IMG/VR virus record: IMGVR_UViG_3300028486_000080
Location: 144,199 to 165,361 of that record
Strand: one strand, 5' to 3'
Source of the DNA: a virus
Taxonomy: Duplodnaviria; Heunggongvirae; Uroviricota; Caudoviricetes
Length of the DNA stretch: 21,163 nt
Below the pieces are notes generated by a model. It was not told the origin of the DNA. It worked only from the letters and a program-made list of their open reading frames with translations, and did not search any database. The position numbers were made by a program, and so were the translations under genes. The stretch's first letter is position 1. The number at the start of each line of letters is the position of its first letter. This document shows, in pieces, positions 7,382 through 16,011 of this stretch.

Positions 7382-10300
7382 TTATCTCCCTCCGATGCGC
7401 CGAGTCGCCTTGTTGATTTTGTTTCCAAGGTCACGCGCGATCTGGTCTTCGCTGCGCTTGAAGGAATCATAATCAGAAGCACGTATTTCGACGTTGATGA
7501 TGGTTGGTCCGCGAGATTGTATCTCTTGGACAGGTTTGCTGTCGGTGGTGTTAGGATCGGTGTTGGCGGTAGCCTCTGCCGTGCGCGTGCCGCTGTTGGT
7601 ACGCGCTTCGTTAGCCTGGGGTGGATTGACAAAATTCACATCAAGCTTCTTAGGTGTCGTGTCAGCCATCTGCGCAGGAGCTTCAGCCATGCTCTTAACG
7701 CCGTCGCTGAGGGCGCTGATTGCTGTGGTTAGCTTGCTCAGATCATTCATGAAGTCAGCCGGTATAGCCGCAGCAGTAGAAGCGTCGGGAACCTGAACTG
7801 GATCAGGCGCCTTAGGCATATTAGTATAGCTCAACTCGACTGGAATGTTCCGCCCCTTAGGTAGCGGCACCACAGCCTCGTTAGGGTGCAGGATTGTCGG
7901 AATGCCCCCACCGCTCATCTTACGAAGAAGCTTGTTCGTGTTAGAGATACCGCTGGCAAGTTTGGGAGCGTTGCTGAAGTCGCTTGCGCTCGTAGGCACA
8001 CTCTCCATAGCGTAACCGGAATAACCACCATAACGCTGAGCGTCGGAGCTTCCTCCACCACCGCCACCACCCGCGCTATCAGCGGCATTGGCTGCATCCA
8101 TCGCCTTCTTAGCGGCTTCAGCGAGCTTGTTGTACTTATCGATCAAGCGATCAACAGCGTTACCGGTGTCATCCAGTTTCGAGATATTAGCATCAAGTGC
8201 GTTGTTAAGAGAGTTGAGCCCTCCGCTTGCGCGACCTGTCGATCCGACGATTTCATCGAAGGAGCTTACGAGACTTGAAGAAGCTGTCTTCGCCTGTTCT
8301 GCCTTGCTACCCAGCGCGGTTATAACTTCTCCCAATTCGGATACCTTTGCGACAGCCTCAGGCAAGCGGTTGAAGCCGACTACGACTGCATCCACCGCCC
8401 CTTGGATTGTAGTCATCGACGTGCCGAGCGATGCAAAAGCTGCGGACACGACCGGCAACGTAGAAGCCAGCACACCAACGGCGAGGCTGATGATGTTGAT
8501 GCTATTTGAAAACGGCTGTAGACCAGTGTTTGCGGTCATTGCGTTCGTGCCTGTAGTTACCATCTGATCATTGACGGTGGGCAACGTTGAGCTAATTGGC
8601 GTCAAAGCAGTGGCGATTGCAGTCATCGACGCCGCAACCGTATTCATGCTGGCAGCAAGCGTGCTAAGCGTAGTCCCCCACGTAGTCCACGACTGTTGGT
8701 TAGACGTGACGGTACCGCTGGTCTTGGTCAACTCCCCAGATAGACCTGTAACTGCTTGCTGAAAGTTAGCGATGGGCGCTAACAAAGCTGCCATGGCAGT
8801 CTTGAACTGATCGGCTACACCAGAGACATCCCCGAGAGCGGAGCCAAGACTTTGCGTATCCTCGCCCGTCTTACTCAATCCCTCTCCAGCCGCTTTACCG
8901 GCATCGCCCGCCTTCTGGAGGGGATCAGTTACGTCGCCTGCTCCCTTAGCCAAACTACCAAAACCGTCTGCTCCTTGCGCCGCCGCAGGAGTGATGCCTA
9001 GGATGTTCTGGAGGAACGAGGCTATGCCAGAAGCTCCCTGCTTAAGGAAGTCAAGCAACTCCTTACCCTGCTCTGGGAGGCTCTTGGCTTTTTCACCGAA
9101 CTGATTCAAACCTTCGCCAGCCGGTTTGGTGGCGTCTGGCACCTTCTTAAGTTCGGTGTTGACCTGCTGCACCCCTTGTGTAGCTGTCTGAGTTGCGCTG
9201 TTTGCGCTGAATAGATATTGGACGAACCCGCTGAAAGATTTTCCAGCAGCCTCGGCAGCCGGAACCTGCCCCTCGATTGCTTTAGTAGCTTCCTCGTAGG
9301 TGGTCTTTCCGTCTTTGTTTGCATCAGTTAGCGCCTTGACAGCCTTAGTGGTGTCCAGGTGAGCCGCAGCTTCGCTCTTTAACTGCCCAACTTGCGCCTG
9401 CCCTACGGCGATGCTCTGACCCATCGTCGTGCTCTTATCTTCCATCGCCTTGATGGTGCCCTGGATGGTCTGGATTCGCTCACGCTCAGCATCATCTATC
9501 TTGCCATCAGCGAGCGCCGCCTGGATAATAGCGACAGCATTCTCTTTCATCTTAGCGATGTTTTCGTCGAGGTTAGTCTTGAACTCCTTCAACGTACTGA
9601 TATTCTTCTGGATCGCATCGCTAAGCTGCGATGGCGTAGCCGCAGCCAACGTCATTTCGTCAGCGAACTTGCCCGCTTCTTCCGCTCCCATACCAACCTG
9701 GACAGCCATGGCTCCCGCCTCCTCGCGCACTGATTGCAGTGCAGGAGACATTTCAGCCAATCCCTTAGCCGTTGGAGCCGTCGCATCACGCATCTTCTTA
9801 TTAGCTTCCGCCGCGTCGCTCATACCCTTTTCGTAAAGAGCGACGGCAGCTACTACAGCGCTGATACCGAGAATGATAGGGTTGAGCATCACTAGTCGAA
9901 GCGCAGCGGCGAATCCTTTTGTAGCCGCCTCGGCAGCGAAGAATCCCTTAACCAACTCTGTGAAATAGTTTACGACAGCTACACCGATGATCACTGTTAG
10001 TGCTGCACCCACAGCCTTGAGGGCGCCAGCAAAAGCATCAGCGCTCGTAGCCCCAGGAGCGAAGAAATTGATAAGTGATCCGATTGGGCTCAACAGCGTG
10101 CCGACAACACCTGCGATCCATGTGAAAGTCTCACCGAGCGTCTTTATGCCTGCGATAAAACCATCAATGACATTGATCATGGCGCCAACAACGGTACCCA
10201 ACGTCTTACCCATCGCGGCAAAAGCATCCACACCTTCAGTGCTGCTCATAGTAGCGGCGAGATCGTTCAATTGATTCTTGAAGGCGTCGAAGAAGCTTCG

Positions 10301-11449
10301 ACCAAACGCTTCCTGTAGGGTCCACACTGAGTTGGTGAATCGCGTCATGGCGGCTTGTGCAGACTTTACTGCGCCCTCCAAACCACCAGAGAAAGCCTTG
10401 TTCATTTCTACAGCCAATTTTGGCAGCAGGTCTGTCGCCAGCACATCACCGTTGCGCAGCATTTTATCTAGTTCGGCAGTTGTGACACCCATCGCTTTAG
10501 CAGCAAGGGCAAACGCGCCAGGAATGCGCTCACCAAACTGACGACGGAGTTCTTCAGTGGACACCTTGCCCTTAGAGAACATCTGCTCAAGAGCCAAGAA
10601 GGTGAGCTTCATATCATCGCCAGACAGCTTCAAAACACGACCAGCCGTAGCCGTCGCTTCGAAGATGTCATGCACATCCTGCAACGACGCACCAGCAAGC
10701 TTCGCTGCACCGGAAAACTTACCGTATGAATCTATGAGGGCGCCAATGTCTGTGGCGGTTCTGGCAGATACATCTGAAACAAACTTGAACTCGTCACCGA
10801 CCGCCGTCACAGAGCCAGAAGTAGCCTTGACGGTGTTGTTGAACTTGTCCATAGCTGTAACAGCATCGAACGATCCCTTGATGAAGTCCGCAAATAGTTG
10901 TGCACCCATGACAACGCCGAACGCCGCTAGGATGCTCTTCACACCACCCAATGCGCTACCAAAACCATCGACAGAGCCTTTGGCGCTGGACGCCTGTTGC
11001 CCCAGGTTATTGACGGCTTTAGCTGTCTGATTAGCGTGCTGCGCAACACCGGTCAGAGAAGCATTAAGGGAGTTGAGAGTGCCTGGAAGCTGAACCAATG
11101 CGGGAGGCACATGGATTCCATCCAGCGCGCGCTTCAGGTTCATAAAGGCGTTTGTTACCTTAGAAGGGTCAAGGCTGGAGAGCTTCTTGATCTCAGAGGT
11201 CAAACCCTTAAGTTCCGCCATACCAGAAAGAGTGGCGGCAGCCTTAGCCAAATTCTCGAATGAAGCAATAACGCTGGCGTCAATTGGCTTAATCTGTGCG
11301 GTAGCCTTGGCAATTGAGCCGAACTGTTTCGTTCCCGTAGCCGATAGGCCCGAGAGGCTAGTCCCCAGATTAGTTACCTCTTTGCCGAGACTCTTCAGCG
11401 CCTCTTTAGCGGCGTTGACATCAATCTCGACTTTTAAGGAGTCAGCCAA
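7382..11449 (-). CDS. Tail tape measure protein
   Basis: 1355 aa, Ala/Gly/Ser/Thr-rich and helical. Has the tape-measure N-terminal motif ALEQMFSKGKVSTEELRRQFGERIPGAFALAAKAMG, hydrophobic segments, GGIPTILHPNEAVVPL and a C-terminal IRASDYDSFKRSEDQIA. Follows the chaperone genes. At about 0.15 nm per residue this implies a ~200 nm tail (inference). Confidence 0.95.
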   Translation of the reverse strand: MADSLKVEIDVNAAKEALKSLGKEVTNLGTSLSGLSATGTKQFGSIAKATAQIKPIDASVIASFENLAKAAATLSGMAELKGLTSEIKKLSSLDPSKVTNAFMNLKRALDGIHVPPALVQLPGTLNSLNASLTGVAQHANQTAKAVNNLGQQASSAKGSVDGFGSALGGVKSILAAFGVVMGAQLFADFIKGSFDAVTAMDKFNNTVKATSGSVTAVGDEFKFVSDVSARTATDIGALIDSYGKFSGAAKLAGASLQDVHDIFEATATAGRVLKLSGDDMKLTFLALEQMFSKGKVSTEELRRQFGERIPGAFALAAKAMGVTTAELDKMLRNGDVLATDLLPKLAVEMNKAFSGGLEGAVKSAQAAMTRFTNSVWTLQEAFGRSFFDAFKNQLNDLAATMSSTEGVDAFAAMGKTLGTVVGAMINVIDGFIAGIKTLGETFTWIAGVVGTLLSPIGSLINFFAPGATSADAFAGALKAVGAALTVIIGVAVVNYFTELVKGFFAAEAATKGFAAALRLVMLNPIILGISAVVAAVALYEKGMSDAAEANKKMRDATAPTAKGLAEMSPALQSVREEAGAMAVQVGMGAEEAGKFADEMTLAAATPSQLSDAIQKNISTLKEFKTNLDENIAKMKENAVAIIQAALADGKIDDAERERIQTIQGTIKAMEDKSTTMGQSIAVGQAQVGQLKSEAAAHLDTTKAVKALTDANKDGKTTYEEATKAIEGQVPAAEAAGKSFSGFVQYLFSANSATQTATQGVQQVNTELKKVPDATKPAGEGLNQFGEKAKSLPEQGKELLDFLKQGASGIASFLQNILGITPAAAQGADGFGSLAKGAGDVTDPLQKAGDAGKAAGEGLSKTGEDTQSLGSALGDVSGVADQFKTAMAALLAPIANFQQAVTGLSGELTKTSGTVTSNQQSWTTWGTTLSTLAASMNTVAASMTAIATALTPISSTLPTVNDQMVTTGTNAMTANTGLQPFSNSINIISLAVGVLASTLPVVSAAFASLGTSMTTIQGAVDAVVVGFNRLPEAVAKVSELGEVITALGSKAEQAKTASSSLVSSFDEIVGSTGRASGGLNSLNNALDANISKLDDTGNAVDRLIDKYNKLAEAAKKAMDAANAADSAGGGGGGGSSDAQRYGGYSGYAMESVPTSASDFSNAPKLASGISNTNKLLRKMSGGGIPTILHPNEAVVPLPKGRNIPVELSYTNMPKAPDPVQVPDASTAAAIPADFMNDLSKLTTAISALSDGVKSMAEAPAQMADTTPKKLDVNFVNPPQANEARTNSGTRTAEATANTDPNTTDSKPVQEIQSRGPTIINVEIRASDYDSFKRSEDQIARDLGNKINKATRRIGGR

Positions 11450-11452
11450 TTA

Positions 11453-11860
11453 TTACCTCCCCACCGTTGCAATGACTTCGCGCTGCCGCCCACTGGTCCG
11501 TTTGTTGGCACGGTTATTTCTCTTCTGTTCCTCAGCCAAGCGTCTATGACGATCTTCGAGGAACACAGCATCCATGCTCAAGATTATCGAGAGCATGAAT
11601 TCCTGCTCGATACGGGATAAACCAACTATTTCCCCGTACGCTCTAATATCCCCAAACTGCAAAGGTTGGGGACCGATGTTGCTGTGGATTCTTTGAGTTG
11701 ACAGCGCCATGAAGGCGTTCCAAATCCATATCGATTCCTTCAACAACACCGGCTTGTTCTCATCGGCAGGAGGTGCCTTGCCCCGCTCTGCCTTGATCTT
11801 CTTAACGAAGGATTTCTTTTTGTCGCTGTTCTCAATCTCCCATTTGAGAACCGCTATTAG
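11453..11860 (-). CDS. Frameshift extension of the tail assembly chaperone (gpT part of gpGT)
   Basis: The -1 frame is stop-free from the slippery site (11860) to 11453: LIAVLKWEIEN...PVLLKESIWIWNAFMALSTQR...GPQPLQFGDIRAY...MDAVFL. This is a typical pre-tape-measure T-type motif. The fusion would be about 279 aa. Confidence 0.85.
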   Translation of the reverse strand, partial: LIAVLKWEIENSDKKKSFVKKIKAERGKAPPADENKPVLLKESIWIWNAFMALSTQRIHSNIGPQPLQFGDIRAYGEIVGLSRIEQEFMLSIILSMDAVFLEDRHRRLAEEQKRNNRANKRTSGRQREVIATVGR

Positions 11861-12291
11861 TTTCCCTCGGTCTCTTCCTTGTCCTCGTCACGGAAGTTGT
11901 CGAGCTTGATGGACATAGCCGCTAGATCGTCTCGGAGTTCAGGGAGCGCGGTGAGAAGCGCCAATGCCTGCTCCTTAGAATAGGAGAGCAAGTTGCCGCT
12001 CTTGTCGGTGAACCCCTTCCAATCAACGATGATCGCTTCAGCCATCTGTTCGGTCAGGATGCGCTCAAGCACCTCCTGCGGAAGTTCTCCGTTACGCGTG
12101 GTGCGCTTATAAGGCGCCTCTAGGCGCTCACGAACCTTGCGGGACTTCTTGGATTTGAATCGGCGGAGCTTGACACTGATGGTTGGGCTCAGTTCGAACC
12201 ATTTACCGTTCTCCGCATCCTCTTCGGAGGTAGCATAGAGATCGAAAATGCTAAGCTTCGGGAGTTCCGGGGCGTCGGTAGAGTCGGTCAT
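11857..12291 (-). CDS. Tail assembly chaperone (gpG-like), 144 aa
   Basis: Start reassigned to ATG 12291 (MTDSTDAPELPKLSIFDLYAT) with RBS GGAG. Motifs AENGKWF, IIVDWKG and YSKEQALALL..LPEL. Sits between tube and tape measure. Confidence 0.88.
   Translation of the reverse strand: MTDSTDAPELPKLSIFDLYATSEEDAENGKWFELSPTISVKLRRFKSKKSRKVRERLEAPYKRTTRNGELPQEVLERILTEQMAEAIIVDWKGFTDKSGNLLSYSKEQALALLTALPELRDDLAAMSIKLDNFRDEDKEETEGN
11860..11866 (-). other. Programmed -1 ribosomal frameshift heptamer G GGA AAC
   Basis: X XXY YYZ heptamer immediately before the chaperone TAA. The -1 frame is in register with the 11453..11749 ORF (offset 117 nt). Matches the lambda G/GT paradigm (GGGAAAG). Confidence 0.88.
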
Positions 12292-12331
12292 GTAGTTCTC
12301 CAGGTGCATAAAGGTTAACTGTGTAGGGTAA

Positions 12332-12360
12332 ACATAGGGTATGTTAAGGTTAATGTCAAG
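12332..12360 (-). promoter_or_regulatory. Sigma70-type promoter CTTGAC-N17-CTATGT upstream of chaperone/tape measure
   Basis: -35 at 12355-12360 and -10 at 12332-12337. Shares CTTGACATT with the promoters at 14697 and 20824. TTAACCTTAAC lies in the spacer. Confidence 0.7.
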
Positions 12361-12364
12361 AGGC

Positions 12365-12406
12365 AAAAGGAAAGCCCCGCTAGCCGGGAAGGGCAGTAGC
12401 GGGGCT
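12365..12406 (-). terminator. Intrinsic terminator after the tail tube gene
   Basis: 10-bp stem AGCCCCGCTA/TAGCGGGGCT (12373-12406), followed on the minus strand by TTCCTTTT. Confidence 0.7.
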
Positions 12407-12454
12407 CTCACTTGGGTCCGTCAACACCTAGCTCGGTGAGACCATCCCTAGCCT

Positions 12455-14617
12455 TTAGACCGTAGCTGGCAGGAGCGAGCTAAAGCGGTCAATCATGAAC
12501 ATGGTACGGAGGACCGGATCGCGCTTTGCAGCCCATTCCATTTCCTCAACCACGTCTTGGTCGATACCACCAGGGGCAATCGGGTCAGACGTGATGATAA
12601 CCGCAGGGATCGTGAAGAAGTAATAGTTGCGGTCGTTGTCCGAGAAGTCGAAGCCCAGAGAGATCGTCTCGTGGTTGATGAAGTGCTCGTACATTTCCAG
12701 CGTCTCGAAGTAGCTGGTGATCGTGCCAGTCAGGTTGAATCGACCAGCAGCCACACCGGCAGGGAACTTCGAAGAAACAGCCGACTGGTTGCGCAGGGTA
12801 GCCTCGCCGTTGATTTCGAGAGACTGAACTGCGGTAGCCAGAACTTCACCGTTCTTGTAGACGTTGCCCACGTTCGTGGTGGAGTTCATCACGGACGTTG
12901 CGGTAGAGTCTAGAACAACGTATGGAGAGTTGCCCAGCAACGAAACCTGCTGTGGAGTAGTCTCCTTACCCATGAACTCGATGGAACCTTCCACGATCTC
13001 GCCCGAAGACAGAGATAGTCCGAAGGTGCCCACACGCATACCCGTCTGGACGAAGTACTGCTCAACGTCCGAGAAGCCCGTCTCAATCGTGAATGATTGC
13101 GGCGTGATGTCTTCAAGGTCGCCAGGGTTGCGAAGATGCGAACCCTTGATCGTCACAGCGATAGAGCCGCCGTTTGCGTTCGTAGCCACATCCTCAGAAA
13201 CGGTGAGTACGTCATTGGTCACAGCCGTTAGTGTGTAAACACCGTGTGCCGTAACTTGGGCGTTCGCGAAGTTAGAGACAGTCGTGTTAGCTCCGTTCTC
13301 AGTTAGCGTGCCGCCCTGGTCGCCGCGGAGGTTGCGGATATAGACGCGGTTGTGTGCACCGAAGTCCGTGACGATATAATCATCGTCAGCGTCAGACTTG
13401 GTGATTGCACCGCCAGGGTTATGAGCGTAAACCGTGACTGTCGTGGTCGAAACACGTGCCGTTACGTCGAGCGCCGAAGCATTGATCGCCGCAGCGAGGT
13501 TTGCAGCCGTAGCCGCAGCCGTGGCTCCAAGCGCGACGACAGTGTTGCCACCGCCGACACCATCAGGGGTGTCAAACTCGAAGACAATCGGAGTGCCTAC
13601 GCCATCATCGATGGTCAAGGTGTCGCCATCATCAGCGTTGCCACCAGAGAAGGCGATTGTTCCGACTTCAACAGCCGCGATAGCGCTGACCTGAATCTTA
13701 CGTGCCCACAGCGCCCCCATGATGGCTGCCTGTAGGTTACGCGTAGATTCGTCAACGTCCGCACCGATGGTGACAGGAACGCGACCACGAGTGAAGGCGC
13801 TATCGTTATCCCACTCAAGGACAATCGTCTTGTCGCCATCATAGATCGTTACGGTATCTTCATCGGCAGGCTGACCACCGAGAGAAATATAACCCTCTTC
13901 GTAGCCAAGACCAGACACATAAATCTTCTGACCGACAACAAGCTGCCCAGCCGACACAGCCGTAGAGAACGCATTGGTGCTGTTAGAATCGAATTGCTTG
14001 GCACCACCAGTACCGGCACGGATCGTTCCGTTCTTGAGAACAATAACGTCATTGGCGTCCAGAACCTTGGTCACCGCAGAACCGGCTTCAGCAACCGCAC
14101 CGCCGCCTACGACAGTGATGTTGGTGTTGCCCCCCGAGAAGGCTTGGTTGGCAATCTCGAAGTAGTTGTTGTTCTTCGGGTTGATGAAGCCCTCTGTCTT
14201 GATGCGGCGGTTGTCGAGGAAGTAGCCAGTGTAGTCGCCACCAGATACGCGAAGCGTGGTGGAATCGATCCAGCTAACGACAGCACCAGAGAACTTGTCG
14301 AAGGTCATAGGACGAGTCCAGAGACCGAGCAAGAACGCCTGCATGAAGTCATCAAGAGAGCCCGCAGAGAACTCGATGTTGATTTCACCGCCCGAGGTTG
14401 CCGCAACCTCAACGATATCGGACACCATGCGGTCAGCACGGAGTTCGTTAGAAACAGTCGTTTCCTTTTCAGCCGTCAGAGCCGAAGAGGTGATACGCAT
14501 TTCACGCGAAGTTCCGCTGTTGGGAGTCACACCCCAGCAATCATTGTCTTCCGCCAGATAGCGAAGAACTGCGCGGTTGGCGTCAGCGGCTTGCAAGCCG
14601 CACTCATTCAGGGGCAT
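12455..14617 (-). CDS. Major tail tube protein (phiCbK-like / Phage_tube_2-like) with large nested decoration inserts
   Basis: 720 aa. The N-terminal ANRAVLRYLAE...WGVTP...ELRADRMVS...GEINIEF and C-terminal QSFTIETGF...GRFNLTGTITSYF...TIPAV motifs form a tube core split by a ~390-aa insert. Lies after the tail terminator. Strong codon bias. Confidence 0.92.
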   Translation of the reverse strand: MPLNECGLQAADANRAVLRYLAEDNDCWGVTPNSGTSREMRITSSALTAEKETTVSNELRADRMVSDIVEVAATSGGEINIEFSAGSLDDFMQAFLLGLWTRPMTFDKFSGAVVSWIDSTTLRVSGGDYTGYFLDNRRIKTEGFINPKNNNYFEIANQAFSGGNTNITVVGGGAVAEAGSAVTKVLDANDVIVLKNGTIRAGTGGAKQFDSNSTNAFSTAVSAGQLVVGQKIYVSGLGYEEGYISLGGQPADEDTVTIYDGDKTIVLEWDNDSAFTRGRVPVTIGADVDESTRNLQAAIMGALWARKIQVSAIAAVEVGTIAFSGGNADDGDTLTIDDGVGTPIVFEFDTPDGVGGGNTVVALGATAAATAANLAAAINASALDVTARVSTTTVTVYAHNPGGAITKSDADDDYIVTDFGAHNRVYIRNLRGDQGGTLTENGANTTVSNFANAQVTAHGVYTLTAVTNDVLTVSEDVATNANGGSIAVTIKGSHLRNPGDLEDITPQSFTIETGFSDVEQYFVQTGMRVGTFGLSLSSGEIVEGSIEFMGKETTPQQVSLLGNSPYVVLDSTATSVMNSTTNVGNVYKNGEVLATAVQSLEINGEATLRNQSAVSSKFPAGVAAGRFNLTGTITSYFETLEMYEHFINHETISLGFDFSDNDRNYYFFTIPAVIITSDPIAPGGIDQDVVEEMEWAAKRDPVLRTMFMIDRFSSLLPATV

Positions 14618-14634
14618 ATGAGAACTCCCTATTT

Positions 14635-14659
14635 GTTAAGCTTAACGAAATTGGTTAAC
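14635..14659. promoter_or_regulatory. Triple-TTAA operator-like motif (TTAA-N2-TTAA-N9-TTAA), copy upstream of the tube gene
   Basis: gttaagcttaacgaaattggttaac; 21/25 identical to 20763-20787. Intergenic, 10 nt downstream of the -10 box. Confidence 0.65.
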
Positions 14660-14669
14660 CAACTCTTGC

Positions 14670-14697
14670 ATATAGGTCGATTTAGGTTAATGTCAAG
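14670..14697 (-). promoter_or_regulatory. Sigma70-type promoter CTTGAC-N16-CTATAT upstream of the tube gene
   Basis: -35 at 14692-14697 and -10 at 14670-14675. Matches the rhizobial RpoD consensus boxes and lies just after the stop of the upstream gene. Confidence 0.75.
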
Positions 14698-14699
14698 GG

Positions 14700-15125
14700 T
14701 TAACCGGCACAAGTGTCGATATAAAAAGGCACCATCACTGTGGCTTCATAGTAGCCGTTAATGACTCCCCCCATGTTAGTCTTCGACACCATGATAGATA
14801 CAGTGCCAGAAGCCCCCGCGTTAACTATCTGCTTATCAAAGATTCCTTCAATGAAGTCAGTCATTTGCAGCAGGGTAGCCGTCCCGGAATCGCTCGGAAC
14901 AAAGACATCCACGAGGATGAAGCCCCACTGCCGCCGTGGCTCGCGGGTGGACCCAATAGTGGGCTGGTTTCGCTCAGTCCATTTGATGCCAAAATAGACC
15001 CAGGCAGTTGCCGGTTGATCTTGGGGAAGGTTCTCAAATCGAATAGGTACGGACGAATACTCCGCAGCGAACTCCGTCTGGAACAAATCAGCAATAGAGG
15101 CACGGGCGTCATTCTTTATACTCAT
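14700..15125 (-). CDS. Tail terminator protein (DUF4128-like)
   Basis: 141 aa. Pattern VPIRFEN...WVYF.I...IG...R.WG...VDVFVP..SG...VMVPF. Directly precedes the tube. ATGA overlap with the upstream gene. Confidence 0.75.
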   Translation of the reverse strand: MSIKNDARASIADLFQTEFAAEYSSVPIRFENLPQDQPATAWVYFGIKWTERNQPTIGSTREPRRQWGFILVDVFVPSDSGTATLLQMTDFIEGIFDKQIVNAGASGTVSIMVSKTNMGGVINGYYEATVMVPFYIDTCAG

Positions 15126-15640
15126 TTCACTCGTCCTCCGAACTTAGACTTCACCGCGGCTACAGCTAGCGTGCTAACAACCCCCGAGTTTCGTGGTGTG
15201 TGTGGGTCATGATCTGGTGCGTCTCCTTTCTCGATAAGACTCCACGCTGTGGAATTGCCCACCACGTATACCCGCTTCATGATAGAATAGTCTGCTCCAT
15301 CCAGCGAGGCTCGCGCGGTAGCTTCAGCGCGTGCTCGCTGAGGCTCAGCACCGAGAGCCATGCGGTTAGTGAAGCCAAACTCAGGATGAAAGTGGTATGG
15401 ACCGTCTTTCGATGTATTACGTCGGTCAGGGTGCGTCTCTTTAGTTGGGGCTGATGATGAGTTCGAGACCTGTATGCTTGCTACAGTTCGCCCTGACCAT
15501 ACGGGGATGTTCTTGAATAACTCTGTCAACAAAGCGTCCGCAATCTCACGACGTAGTTTCTCAACTTCCACCGCACTCTTATCGATATGCTGGCGGATGC
15601 CATTAAGAAACGAGTTGAGGTTTGCGTACTTCAAAGTCAT
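15122..15640 (-). CDS. Neck / tail completion protein (HK97 gp10-like)
   Basis: 172 aa. PVWSGRTVASIQV resembles the PVDTG...SW motif. Lies between head closure and tail terminator. Confidence 0.6.
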   Translation of the reverse strand: MTLKYANLNSFLNGIRQHIDKSAVEVEKLRREIADALLTELFKNIPVWSGRTVASIQVSNSSSAPTKETHPDRRNTSKDGPYHFHPEFGFTNRMALGAEPQRARAEATARASLDGADYSIMKRVYVVGNSTAWSLIEKGDAPDHDPHTPRNSGVVSTLAVAAVKSKFGGRVK

Positions 15641-15641
15641 T

Positions 15642-16010
15642 TTACGGTAGCCGTAGGTAAAAGATATAGCCTGCCTTGTTGGGGATAGTCTTGATCTGCG
15701 TTATCTCGAAGGTCTTACCATCCACTGTGATGGTGTCATTCTCACTAGGTACAACAGAGAGCCCAAGGTCTTTAGATGCGCAGAGAAATCGCCACGTCAT
15801 TTCAATTGGCTTCTCGAAGTCTTGAGTGATCTCCTTCGACTTATACAGCAGACCAGGGAGGTTGATGTTCGTGACTGTGGTAACCTGTGAGTCCGACGCA
15901 GGATCATATGGTCCGACGACGTTCACATGATATACTGCGTCGTCTGCCAGATCATCGATTGCGCTGATTGCCGTCTCTACGGCATCCTGCATTGTTGATT
16001 TTAGCCCCAT
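15642..16010 (-). CDS. Head closure / head-tail joining protein
   Basis: 122 aa, beta-rich. Has G.YDPASD and D.ITVDGKTFEI motifs. Lies 1 nt after the adaptor. Confidence 0.7.
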   Translation of the reverse strand: MGLKSTMQDAVETAISAIDDLADDAVYHVNVVGPYDPASDSQVTTVTNINLPGLLYKSKEITQDFEKPIEMTWRFLCASKDLGLSVVPSENDTITVDGKTFEITQIKTIPNKAGYIFYLRLP

Positions 16011-16011
16011 A

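Noticed and set aside
8051-8072. Gly6 run in the tape measure protein
   Set aside because: Mixed codons; an ordinary flexible linker before the C-terminal domain, not a slippage tract.
12292-12411. ORF-track N-terminal extensions (starts at 12411, 17391, 18248, 19805 and the independent start at 11749)
   Set aside because: They run through terminators, promoters or the RBS itself. Downstream ATGs with good Shine-Dalgarno sequences (12291, 17367, 18215, 19790) fit better, and 11749 is explained by the frameshift.
13262-13900. Tail sheath (contractile tail), because the A..TAANLAAAIN motif also occurs in sheath inserts
   Set aside because: The motif sits inside a tube-type core, and no separate sheath, small tube or baseplate wedge genes are present.
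14636-14703. Canonical full CtrA box TTAA-N7-TTAA
   Set aside because: The TTAA start offsets here are 6, 13, 32 and 13 nt (and 6, 13 at 20764-20786), never 11. Only half-site similarity can be claimed.
12557-14761. Several plus-strand ORFs (up to 255 aa) opposite the tail tube, and similar ones opposite the tape measure and tip genes
   Set aside because: Antisense shadows of strongly biased coding sequence; they are fully overlapped by well-supported genes.
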